A DNA stretch of 63,839 bases, filler included, from Actinomycetota bacterium (lineage in GTDB: Bacteria; Actinomycetota; Acidimicrobiia; IMCC26256; VFJJ01): the NCBI GenBank assembly GCA_009886115.1. It is 4 parts of 4 records of this genome, joined end to end, with 100 filler letters (N's around TTAATTAATTAA, not from the genome) between each part and the next. Parts side by side here need not be neighbours in the genome. Positions count along the whole stretch, not along the records: positions 39,613 to 59,630 come from VFJJ01000134.1; 3 more parts are not named here. The stretch is one strand, 5' to 3'. This document shows, piece after piece, positions 49,551 to 58,278 of the stretch. The notes under the pieces were generated by a model. That model saw nothing but the letters and a program-made list of their open reading frames with translations. It ran no database searches and was not told the DNA's origin. Position 1 is the stretch's first letter. Each line of letters opens with the position of its first letter. A program made the translations under genes and the position numbers.

Positions 49551-49888
49551 CGCAGGAGCCGTCCGTTGGGTACTCCTTCGGGCTGTGCAGTGCCGCCCCG
49601 TGCCGTCTCGTGTCGGCGTAGACATGCTGCTCAGCAGGGGTTCAACCGTACATCTGGTGTGCTCTGAGGTCGTCCGGTGTCGTTGCGTGATCCGCTGTGT
49701 TGGGATCGGCATCGAGGGGCTGCTGGCTACGTTCCTGGCTACGTTTTCCACAGGCCCGAGAGGTAGGCACCATGACCGGGCTCGTGGATCGGGCTGCCGA
49801 CCGTAGGCGTGGTTCGGTTTCGAAGTTTGCCCGCGCCGTCTCCACTTGATGCACCGCCGTCCCCGGCCGCTCGTCCCGTGGGCCGGCT

Positions 49889-50065
49889 TCTGCTCCTTAC
49901 GAGTGCGATTTTGGCAGTCTATCTGGTGTCGTCCTGTACGCGTCTGTGCTGGTCAGAGGGGGTGCCCGTGCTGCCGAGTGTTGTCTGATTCCGCCCCGTA
50001 TCGCCCCGTCTGGCGGACGTTTTCCGGACGCCCCGAGATCAGCTCACGACACAATGAGCTGCTCG
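49889..50065. repeat. Degenerate direct repeat, copy 2, starting with tRNA-Thr(CGT)-like anticodon sequence
   Basis: Minus strand CACTCGTAAGGAGCAG; aligns with 49161-49335. Confidence 0.8.
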
Positions 50066-50129
50066 CCTGCTGCGTACCCTGACCCGATCGCCTGTCGGTC
50101 GCAACGGCGCGACCGGCAGTGCCGTTCAG

Positions 50130-50260
50130 TCAGTCGCTGCCGGGTGGAGCAACGTGCTCGGGGAGCCACGTTGCCGTGCGTGATTCGTCCCATTCGCCGG
50201 CAGCAAACGCGATCACGGCCGCTTCGGCGGCATCGATCGACGGGCGCGTGACCCACGTCC
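50130..50260 (-). pseudogene. C-terminal remnant of Doc/Fic-like toxin
   Basis: PSIDAAEAAVIAFAAGEWDESRTATWL recalls Doc C-termini; catalytic Fic motif absent. Confidence 0.5.
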
Positions 50261-50372
50261 ATTCGGACCAAACCGTGACCACGGTGTTGATCCGCCACCC
50301 GTCGAAGGACCCGGTTTTCCGTTCCCACAGCCTCGGAGCCCTGTGGTGTGACCGGGTCGTACACTTGCGGTG

Positions 50373-50621
50373 ATGACCATGCCGATCGAGCTCCCCGACG
50401 AGGTGGCCCGCCGCGTACTGGCGGTGGCCACGGCGCGCGGCATCCGTCCCGAACAGGTGGTCATCGAGGCCGTACAAGCCGAGGTGGGATCTGCCAACCC
50501 GGGCGAGCCCGACAACCCCTTCTCGTCGGCGCAGGACGAGTTACGGCAGATCGCATTCGACGGGTCGCTCCGGGCAGAGATCGACTCCTGGTCAGACGAC
50601 CCCGATCTCACCGTCGGCTAA
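50373..50621 (+). CDS. Putative RHH antitoxin
   Basis: IELPDEVARRVLAVATARGIRPEQVV; TACACT -10 seven nt before ATG; precedes PIN-like gene. Confidence 0.72.
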   Translation: MTMPIELPDEVARRVLAVATARGIRPEQVVIEAVQAEVGSANPGEPDNPFSSAQDELRQIAFDGSLRAEIDSWSDDPDLTVG

Positions 50622-50627
50622 CCCTTC

Positions 50628-51062
50628 GTGGTCATCGTCGACGACCACCTCACCCTGCTCGCCCTCGCAGGCGTGATACCTGTCACCGAGCTCGGCGACG
50701 ACATCGCCACCACATCGCTCTGGTACCTCCGCCTTGTTTCGGCAGCTACGGCGCCGCCGACCGAGATCCACGGTCCCGGTCGTCTCGGTCGCATCCTCCA
50801 GTCCCTCCCGCGACCAGCCGACGCGCTCCAACGAATCCTTCACCCGCCCCGGTCCACGCTCCAGGTGCTCCATCTGATGGAGTTCGCCGTGGAGACGGCC
50901 CGGATGCAACGCGAGCGCCGCCTCAACCTCCTCGCCGCCGAGACCCTGGGCGCAGCCGCCCACCACAGGGCATCGATTCTCGTGGCCGCACCGAACGCCG
51001 GCGGACCGATCGAGGTCGCTGCAAGCGCTGAAGGGATCCCATACATGGTGCGCACGTCCTGA
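50628..51062 (+). CDS. PIN-domain (VapC-like) putative toxin
   Basis: VIVDDH N-terminal strand, LNLLAAETLGAA motif, size and pairing. Confidence 0.65.
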   Translation: MVIVDDHLTLLALAGVIPVTELGDDIATTSLWYLRLVSAATAPPTEIHGPGRLGRILQSLPRPADALQRILHPPRSTLQVLHLMEFAVETARMQRERRLNLLAAETLGAAAHHRASILVAAPNAGGPIEVAASAEGIPYMVRTS

Positions 51063-51570
51063 CCCGGGACTACGACCTACGAACAGCCCCGAAGTCCGGG
51101 CCACGTAGATACTCCGCCCGCATGGGCCCGGAACGACGCGGGAGACGCTCCTCACCTTGAGAGGGAGAGCGAGCCCGTAATGTCGCATGCCACTGCGTAC
51201 GTTTCCGCAGGTCAGCGCAGGTGCGATTGCCCGCCTGGTCTCGTCCAGTTCGTCTGGTCCCGCCCCGTGGATTGGCAAAGGGATTGGCAGGCGCCTCCGG
51301 CTCCGCATTACCGATGTCCCAGGCAACGCCCCAACCCCAGGGGGCTTGTCGGCGTCTGGTCGGGCCTCGATCAGAGCGATCCGATCGACGACTGACTGTG
51401 GCAGCGCCCGATTTCAGTGCCCGGTTTGAGCGTTTCGTCCAGGTTTCGAGCCAGATTTAACCGATTTCTGATCGCCTCGTGTCACAAATTTGGGCCTCGA
51501 ATTGCTCTTACAGGTAGGGACCTCACGCGGCGGGGTCACGAGGGGGGAGATCAATCGACATGTCGGATCG

Positions 51571-51588
51571 ACACACACACACACACAC
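51571..51588. repeat. (AC)9 dinucleotide tract
   Basis: Read directly. Confidence 0.97.
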
Positions 51589-51638
51589 TTGCGAGCGGTG
51601 GGGGTTCGCCGGGCTCGGGTGAGCCTGGGGCCGGTCGG

Positions 51639-52199
51639 GTGAGCGCCGAGGGGGTGCCTCGACACGCCCCGACGGTCACGAGCGACGAGCGTGTGGACAT
51701 ACTGTGGGATGCGCACGTGGTCGCGGTGCGGGGTCTGGTACGGCGCACGTTGCTGGCCGTGGCGGACGTCGACGACGTAGTGCAGGGGGTCTTCGTGACG
51801 GCCTGGCGGCGTTCGACGGGGTTGGTTGACGATCCGGGTTCCCCGGGCGCGCGAGCGTGGCTGCTGGCTGTCGCCACGGGGCATGTACAGAACGCGAATC
51901 GGGCCGAGCAGCGTCGACGAGCAGCGTTGCGCCGGTTCGTGGCGGAGGTCTCGGTTCGCGATCCGGGCGTGACGGCCACGCCGGAGGTGGCTGTTCCAGA
52001 GACGGTCGGCGATCCGCTCAGCACGTTGCGGGCGGCTGATCAGACACTGCTCCGGTTGTGGTCGTCAGGAATGTCGACGGCCGAGCTGGCCGTCGAGTTG
52101 TCGGTGAGCGAGGCCGCCGTCAGGCAGCGACTGTCGCGTGCTCGCAAGCAGCTGGCGACAGCGCTCTTGGCAGCGACAAAGGGTGGGGACGGGTCGTGA
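51639..52199 (+). CDS. ECF sigma-70 factor (start uncertain; possibly ATG 51560 via AC-tract slippage)
   Basis: DVDDVVQGVFVTAWRR, RAWLLAVA, STAELAVELSVSEAAVRQRLSRARKQL. Confidence 0.85.
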   Translation: MSAEGVPRHAPTVTSDERVDILWDAHVVAVRGLVRRTLLAVADVDDVVQGVFVTAWRRSTGLVDDPGSPGARAWLLAVATGHVQNANRAEQRRRAALRRFVAEVSVRDPGVTATPEVAVPETVGDPLSTLRAADQTLLRLWSSGMSTAELAVELSVSEAAVRQRLSRARKQLATALLAATKGGDGS

Positions 52200-53926
52200 T
52201 GGTGAGGAGCTCATGGCGGCGTCGGGTCGGGTGGCTCGTGGCCGGGCTTGTCCTCGTTGGTGTCCCGGCCGCCGCGTACGAGGCGGGGCAACGGGTCAGG
52301 TCGCCGGCCCAGGCGGCCGCAGACGCCGCGCCGCCGATCCCGTCGGTGATCACCGCTCCGGTGGAGCGCCGCGTGTTGACCGACGCAGTCGTCTTTCGTG
52401 GCGACGTGATCGCAGCGGGCGCGGTGGAGGTGGGTGCGCCGTCGTTGTCGGCTGAGACGGTGCCGGTGGTGACCGATGTGCGGGTCGGGGTGGGCGATCC
52501 AGTCGTCGAGGGTGCCGTGTTGGTGGTGGTGTCGGATCGGCCGGTGTTGGTGCTGGAAGGTCTGGTGCCGGCGTACCGGTCGCTAGGTCCGGCCAGCCGC
52601 GGTCTGGACGTGGCCCAGCTGCAGGACGGTCTCGCCCGGTTGGGCTTCGATGTCGGTGACGACGAAGACGGGGTGTTCGGGGCGGGGACGCAGGCTGCGG
52701 TGGCGGCGTGGTATCGGGAGGCCGGGTTCGAGCCGGTGCCGTCCTCGCCTGACGACACGGTGAAGTTGGCGGAGGCGTTGGCGGGGGTGGACGCGGCGGA
52801 ACGCGCGTTGGCCGGTGCGCAGGAGGCCCTGGCCGATGGCCGCCAGGTCGACCCGGGCGCGGTGGCGCAGTCCGAGGTGGCGTTGGGTCAGTCGCAGCGG
52901 GCCCTGAACAGCGCTCGTGATACGTCGACCCGGGCGATCCAGGCGGCGGACGGGGCCGTGAGCGCAGCCCGTCGTGAGGTCGATCGACTGGTGGCTGACC
53001 CGTTGGCGACGGCCGAGCAGATATCCGCGGCCCGGCAGGTGTTGGCGGTGGCGGAGGCCGACCGGGCCCGGATCGGCGGTGAGCAGGCTGGCCTGGTGGC
53101 TGATGCCGAGGACGGCCTGCGGCTGGCGGAGTTGGCGTACGAGACGGCGTTGGAGCCTCCGGATGTGGACGCGTTGCGGCGGGGGGTGGTCGATGCGGAG
53201 GCCGCGTTGACGGCGGCGCAGCGGTCGTACTTCTTGGTGAGCGTCTCGGCCGGGGTGACCGTCCCGCGTGGGGAAGTGGTGTTCGTGCCGGAGCTGCCGG
53301 CGCGGGTGTCGTCGTCGAACGCCGTGATCGGGGCGTCGGTCGGTGGTGGCGCTGGGGCGGGCCCGACGGGTTCGGAAGCGGGTGCTCTCGGAGCGGGTGG
53401 TGGGGGCGCGTCGAGCCCGGGCAGTGCGCTGTTGGGCTTGAGTATCGGGTCGTTGGAGGTCCGGGGCGGGATCTCGGCTGGCGATCGGCCGCTGGTACAA
53501 GAAGGTGCCGTAGCGGTGCTCGATGTCGAGGTGACCGGCGACCGGTTCGACGCGGTCGTGGCCGAGATCGCCGAGGAGCCTGTGGCCGGCCCGGCTGGCG
53601 GGCTCGAGCACGAGGTGGTGCTCGACCCGGCCACCGAGATCCCCGACGGCTTGTTGGGGGCGAACCTGCGGGTCACGATCGCGGCGGCGTCGACCGACGG
53701 GCCGGTTCTGGTTGTGCCGCTGGCGGCCGTGTCAGCGAAGGCCGACGGGACATTACGGGTCACGGTGCTGCGAGCCGACGGCGTGCAGGTCGAGGTCCCT
53801 GTCGAGGCCGGACTCTCGGCGGTGGGCTACGTCGAGATCACCCCGATCGGGCCAGGCGGCCTGGCAGAGGGCGACCGGGTCGTGATCGGTGTCGCCGGGC
53901 TCGAACCTGCGGGCGCAGCTTCATGA
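52196..53926 (+). CDS. Membrane-fusion/adaptor subunit with peptidoglycan-binding domain
   Basis: TM, GLDVAQLQDGLARLGF..DGVFGAGTQAAV, coiled coil, LVVPLAAV..LAEGDRVV. Confidence 0.88.
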   Translation: MMVRSSWRRRVGWLVAGLVLVGVPAAAYEAGQRVRSPAQAAADAAPPIPSVITAPVERRVLTDAVVFRGDVIAAGAVEVGAPSLSAETVPVVTDVRVGVGDPVVEGAVLVVVSDRPVLVLEGLVPAYRSLGPASRGLDVAQLQDGLARLGFDVGDDEDGVFGAGTQAAVAAWYREAGFEPVPSSPDDTVKLAEALAGVDAAERALAGAQEALADGRQVDPGAVAQSEVALGQSQRALNSARDTSTRAIQAADGAVSAARREVDRLVADPLATAEQISAARQVLAVAEADRARIGGEQAGLVADAEDGLRLAELAYETALEPPDVDALRRGVVDAEAALTAAQRSYFLVSVSAGVTVPRGEVVFVPELPARVSSSNAVIGASVGGGAGAGPTGSEAGALGAGGGGASSPGSALLGLSIGSLEVRGGISAGDRPLVQEGAVAVLDVEVTGDRFDAVVAEIAEEPVAGPAGGLEHEVVLDPATEIPDGLLGANLRVTIAAASTDGPVLVVPLAAVSAKADGTLRVTVLRADGVQVEVPVEAGLSAVGYVEITPIGPGGLAEGDRVVIGVAGLEPAGAAS

Positions 53927-54618
53927 ATGGCGAAGCGTTGCTCGTAGCCGAGCGCATGGCGTTGACCTATCCCGGGCTGGTTCCCGTCGAAGCGTTACGG
54001 CCGACCGATCTGACGATCGGGCGGGGTGATCATGTGGCGATCACCGGCCCGTCGGGATCGGGGAAGTCGACCCTGTTGAACGTGCTTGGCCTGATCGACG
54101 TGCCGACCGCCGGCCGATATCTCGTCGGTGGGGTCGATACGGCCTTGTTGGGGGAGGCTGACCGGACGGCCTTGCGGGCCCGGTTCTTCGGGTTCGTGTT
54201 CCAGGCGTTCCATCTCGTCGCCGGCCGGACCGTGGTCGAGAACGTCGAGCTCGGCATGCTCTACACAAGGCTCGGTCGCCGGGAACGACGACGCCGGGTC
54301 GACGAGGCACTCGAACGGGTCGAGCTCGGACATCGGGCAGGGGCGGTCCCAGCAACGCTGTCGGGTGGCGAACGTCAACGCGTCGCGATCGCCCGAGCCG
54401 TCGCCGGCCGGCCCGAGGTCTTGTTGTGTGACGAACCGACCGGGAACCTCGACTCGACTACGTCGACCGCCGTGCTCGACCTGATCGACGAGCTCAAAGC
54501 CACGGTCGGCTTGACCGTCATCATGGTCACCCATGACCCGGTCGTCGCCGCTCGGGCCGGTCGTTTGCTATCGGTGCATGACGGGATGGTCGTCGAGCTC
54601 GCACCGGCCGCACCATGA
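53923..54618 (+). CDS. ABC transporter ATP-binding protein (MacB/LolD-like)
   Basis: GPSGSGKST, LSGGERQRVAIARA, DEPTGNLD, VTHD. Confidence 0.97.
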   Translation: MNGEALLVAERMALTYPGLVPVEALRPTDLTIGRGDHVAITGPSGSGKSTLLNVLGLIDVPTAGRYLVGGVDTALLGEADRTALRARFFGFVFQAFHLVAGRTVVENVELGMLYTRLGRRERRRRVDEALERVELGHRAGAVPATLSGGERQRVAIARAVAGRPEVLLCDEPTGNLDSTTSTAVLDLIDELKATVGLTVIMVTHDPVVAARAGRLLSVHDGMVVELAPAAP

Positions 54619-55847
54619 TCCGCCGGGCCCGGCCATTGGCCGACCTGGGGATCGTCCGGTCCCGACTGGCCTTGGTCGACGTGGCCCGGGAAGGCGCCGC
54701 GAGCATCGGGCGACGCCCGGTCCGCACCGCCCTGACCGCGTTGGGGACCGTGCTGGGGGCCGCCGCTGCGGTGACGACCCTCGGGCTGGCGGCAACGGCC
54801 GAACGGCAGGTGTCCGATCGGTTCGATGCCATCCGGGCCACCGAGGTCATCGTCCAAGACGCCCAACCCGAACAACCAACCCCCCCGTTCCCTCCCGACA
54901 CCGACCAGCGGCTCGAAGGACTCAACGGCGTCAACCACGCCGGCATCGTCATCGCGGTCGGTGACCGGACGATCGCCCGCAACCCGATCGCCGACCCGAC
55001 CCAAGGCGAGCTGCTCCCGGTCACCGCGGCGACACCCGGCGCCCTCGCCGCGATGCGCCCCCAACTCGCGTCCGGACGGCTCTACGACAGCTTCCACGAG
55101 ACCCGGGGCGAGCCCGTCGCGTTGCTGGGACGAGCCGCTGCGGTCCGGCTGGGTATCACCCGGATCGACAACCAACCGGCATTGTTCGTCGACGGGCACG
55201 CCTTCACAATCATCGGGATCGTCGACGATGTCGTCCGCCGCCCCGAGACGCTCCTCGGGATCGTGATCCCCACGAGCACGATAGAACCTTTGAACCGGGA
55301 TGGTGGTGCGACGGCCGTGGTCGAGGCGCTCATCGACACCGCCCCCGGCGCCGCGCTCACCATCGCCTACCAAGCCCCCTATGCGCTCCGACCCGACGAC
55401 CCCGCCCGACTCCAAGCCCTCGCCCCACCCGACCCCCGCACCCTCCGACGTCACATCGAAGGCGACATCCACGACCTGCTCCTCGTCCTCGCCGCGATCA
55501 GCTTCGCCATCGGTGCCATCACCATCGGCAACGCCACCCTCGCCAACCTGATCCAACGCATCCCCGAGATCGGCCTCCGACGAGCGCTCGGCGCCCGGCC
55601 CCGCCACATTGCCACCCACCTCCTCACCGAAACCACCACCACCGGCATCCTCGCGGGCACCCTCGGCGCCAGCCTCGGCACCATCACCACCGTCATCATC
55701 GCCACAACCCAAGACTGGGCCCCCGTCCTCGACCTCCGAGCCTCCCTCCTCGCCCCCCTCGCCGGCGCCACCGCCGGCCTCCTCGCCGGCCTCTACCCCG
55801 CCTGGCAAGCCACCCACATCCAACCCGCCCACGCCCTCCAACGATAA
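54615..55847 (+). CDS. ABC permease (MacB/FtsX family)
   Basis: RTALTALG, RIPEIGLRRALGA, GLYPAWQA. Confidence 0.93.
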   Translation: MIRRARPLADLGIVRSRLALVDVAREGAASIGRRPVRTALTALGTVLGAAAAVTTLGLAATAERQVSDRFDAIRATEVIVQDAQPEQPTPPFPPDTDQRLEGLNGVNHAGIVIAVGDRTIARNPIADPTQGELLPVTAATPGALAAMRPQLASGRLYDSFHETRGEPVALLGRAAAVRLGITRIDNQPALFVDGHAFTIIGIVDDVVRRPETLLGIVIPTSTIEPLNRDGGATAVVEALIDTAPGAALTIAYQAPYALRPDDPARLQALAPPDPRTLRRHIEGDIHDLLLVLAAISFAIGAITIGNATLANLIQRIPEIGLRRALGARPRHIATHLLTETTTTGILAGTLGASLGTITTVIIATTQDWAPVLDLRASLLAPLAGATAGLLAGLYPAWQATHIQPAHALQR

Positions 55848-56107
55848 ATCTTGGATAATGAATCGTCCCAGATGTCACAGACCAGGTCTGGCCGGACATC
55901 TACCTGTGCGGACATGCGGAGGTCACGACCCGGGTTTGGCTCCATCGAATGGCAAGCAAATAGCCTGAGCGGGCGTAAGTCTCAGGCACTCAGGCCGTCG
56001 GTTACCCCAGTTCACGTCCGAATCCCCAGAACTATCCGGCTACGATAGCTTCCACAAACAGGCAGTCCAAGGGCTTTACTCCAACACCAAAACGGGAGGT
56101 CCGAATA

Positions 56108-56530
56108 GTGATACCTCGATGGATTCGGAAGAGACTCGCCAGAGTTCTTCTTGTGACCATCCTCACTTCCGTCGGTCTCACCAGTTCGCTAGTCGGTACG
56201 AGCGCTGCGCACAACTCGGACTCGTTCTTTTCGACAGCCGGGTTCAGCTACGAGTCATGTAATGCCTTCGGCTACCATACAGGAGGTGGCGGCGCCCGCC
56301 TAGCAGTTACAGCCAACACGTCTGATTGCAACCCTGTTGGCGGGCTCTACTACTACGTCACGGTTCGGGCCCGCTATTACTCAAATGGTGACTGGTACGA
56401 ACCAGAGGTCTCTGGAATTCTACCAACGGATGCTGAGTATGGGGTAAACTCACCATCATACTTCTACAGCACAAGGCACTGGGTGTGTCGACTTTTCGTC
56501 GGCTGCTCCGCGCAATACACCGCCAGCTAG
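56108..56530 (+). CDS. Small secreted protein with four Cys, aromatic-rich
   Basis: GGGAGG RBS, Sec signal ending TSAA, lower GC than flanks. Confidence 0.72.
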   Translation: MIPRWIRKRLARVLLVTILTSVGLTSSLVGTSAAHNSDSFFSTAGFSYESCNAFGYHTGGGGARLAVTANTSDCNPVGGLYYYVTVRARYYSNGDWYEPEVSGILPTDAEYGVNSPSYFYSTRHWVCRLFVGCSAQYTAS

Positions 56531-56554
56531 AACCCAGCTAGAACCAGCTAGAAC
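56523..56554. repeat. CCAGCTAGAA(C) x3 over the stop codon
   Basis: Read directly. Confidence 0.9.
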
Positions 56555-56695
56555 AAGTACCGCTGGGAGTTCGGGCCCCCAGGATCCGAACTTGCAGAGC
56601 GACGCAGGGCAAGTGCAAGGTCGACGATCACTCCGAAACGACCGGAGGTTGATCGGCCCGGGCCCGGGGTCACTGGAATCTCCAGGAGGTCGGCC

Positions 56696-57787
56696 GTGTC
56701 AACCGAAGTTAGACCTGGTGCTCGGCGCAGCCCAATCAAGCCTAGACTCCGTACACGCCGAGCTGGAGTCGTGCCTATTCTATCGGTTTCGCTGCTCACC
56801 CTTTTCGTTGGATGCACGGCAGAGGCGGAGCCGCGCGTCGAATCATCGCCACAAGGTGGTGGATACACTACTTCGCGCCAGGCCATCGACGGCGCTGTGT
56901 CTATGCCAAGCGAAGCTCCAGCACAGAGCTCTCGATTGGATCGAGAGACCTCAAGGCAAACTTCAGCTTCACTCGATCGACGAGATACGTACACCTCGAA
57001 CACGAATCCACCAGATCTAGAACGCAAATCGCTCGGGCCGCTACAGGCGTTGTTCCAAGAGGACGAAGATGCGTCTCATGCGCGCGAGCTTCACCGAAGA
57101 GACCTTGTCCGGGAATGTATGTCCAGTCGAGGCTTTGACTATTTCGTAACGGAGCCAGAAGTAGGTGAACTAGCGCAGCTCTATCGGGATCCCTACGACC
57201 TGGAGTCCCGCCGAAATCGCGGATACGGTATCCTTGAAGGCATCATCGACAACATGAGCCCGGCTAGGTCCGATCCAAACCAAAAGTACTATGAAGCATT
57301 GTCACCCGGAGCTCGAGCTAGTTATGATGACGCATTATACGGAACAGATTCATCGGGATACGACAGTGAGAGCTGTTTCATTTCTACCGCTGAGCGTTCA
57401 GAGGGCGGTGAGTCGATGCGAACACTCGCACCTCTGATCGTTGCTCTTGAAGATCGCATTTCTTCCGACGTTCGGCTACTAGGAGCGTGGGTACTCTGGA
57501 GTGACTGTATGACTGCCAACGGTTTCAGGGGTGTTGATGATGTTTCGGCGGTCTATGATCTCGTGATCTCGCGTATTCCAAGTGGTGCGCATCTCGATGA
57601 TCTCACCGATGCCAAGGAGTTCGAAATATCGGTTGCCCTCACAGACCTTGAATGCTGGGCGGCTCACGTGCGGGACATCGAGCTAATAGTAAGAAATGAA
57701 ATGGAAGCTGAGTTTGTCGACAATCATGAACTAGAAATTCTTGCCGCGATAACGTCGCGAGAGAATGCAGCTTCCGATGGTGCCTGA
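56696..57787 (+). CDS. Putative lipoprotein
   Basis: Lipobox-like LFVGC; ECMSSRGF and DCMTANGF repeated motif; low GC. Confidence 0.75.
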   Translation: MSTEVRPGARRSPIKPRLRTRRAGVVPILSVSLLTLFVGCTAEAEPRVESSPQGGGYTTSRQAIDGAVSMPSEAPAQSSRLDRETSRQTSASLDRRDTYTSNTNPPDLERKSLGPLQALFQEDEDASHARELHRRDLVRECMSSRGFDYFVTEPEVGELAQLYRDPYDLESRRNRGYGILEGIIDNMSPARSDPNQKYYEALSPGARASYDDALYGTDSSGYDSESCFISTAERSEGGESMRTLAPLIVALEDRISSDVRLLGAWVLWSDCMTANGFRGVDDVSAVYDLVISRIPSGAHLDDLTDAKEFEISVALTDLECWAAHVRDIELIVRNEMEAEFVDNHELEILAAITSRENAASDGA

Positions 57788-57959
57788 CTACCTAAGATGT
57801 ATGGGCCCGTCACTGAATGTCGAGGACGTCATAGCCCTCGGCCGCGCTCAATCAATGCGTTCGCCTGCCAGCTCGATGGTCGATCCGACGCCGCCGAGAG
57901 CCTGCGCGAACGCCCGTTGAGACGGTCACCATCTCACCCGCCCCGCTGACATCGTTGAA

Positions 57960-58266
57960 GATGTCCATGCCCACGAACCCGACGGAGCGATGATCGACAT
58001 CGTCCGAGAGCACGGCCGGAACGTGACGCGCTGGAACGAAGGCGACATGCGTCTGCGATGGGCAGGCGCCGGCGTGGAATCCGCCGACGGTCAGATCCGT
58101 CGCGTGAAGGGCTACCGCCAGCCAACCCCCCAAATCCGACGCCGCGCTCTCGCCGCGCTCCGTCACGTTGGCGCCGACGACCCCGTCCACCACCGCCGCT
58201 ACAGCCTGACCGTATGATCCCCAGCAGGAGGCCGCCATGAAGTTCCGTTACCGCCGGGGCAACCTC
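57960..58266 (+). mobile_element. IS256-family transposase 3' remnant with probable right end
   Basis: TNP..MIDIVREHGRNVTRW..LRW..RRVKGYR; terminal GAAGTTCC..GGGGCAACCTC. Confidence 0.72.
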
Positions 58267-58278
58267 GCACGAGACAAG

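Noticed and set aside
49123..49806. 227-aa Cys/Arg-rich ORF as excisionase or cargo
   Set aside because: Runs through non-coding att-like repeats and has no HTH signature.
51170..51190. dif-like site (CCCGTAATGTCGCAT)
   Set aside because: Poor match to XerC/XerD arms; better explained as part of an att scar.
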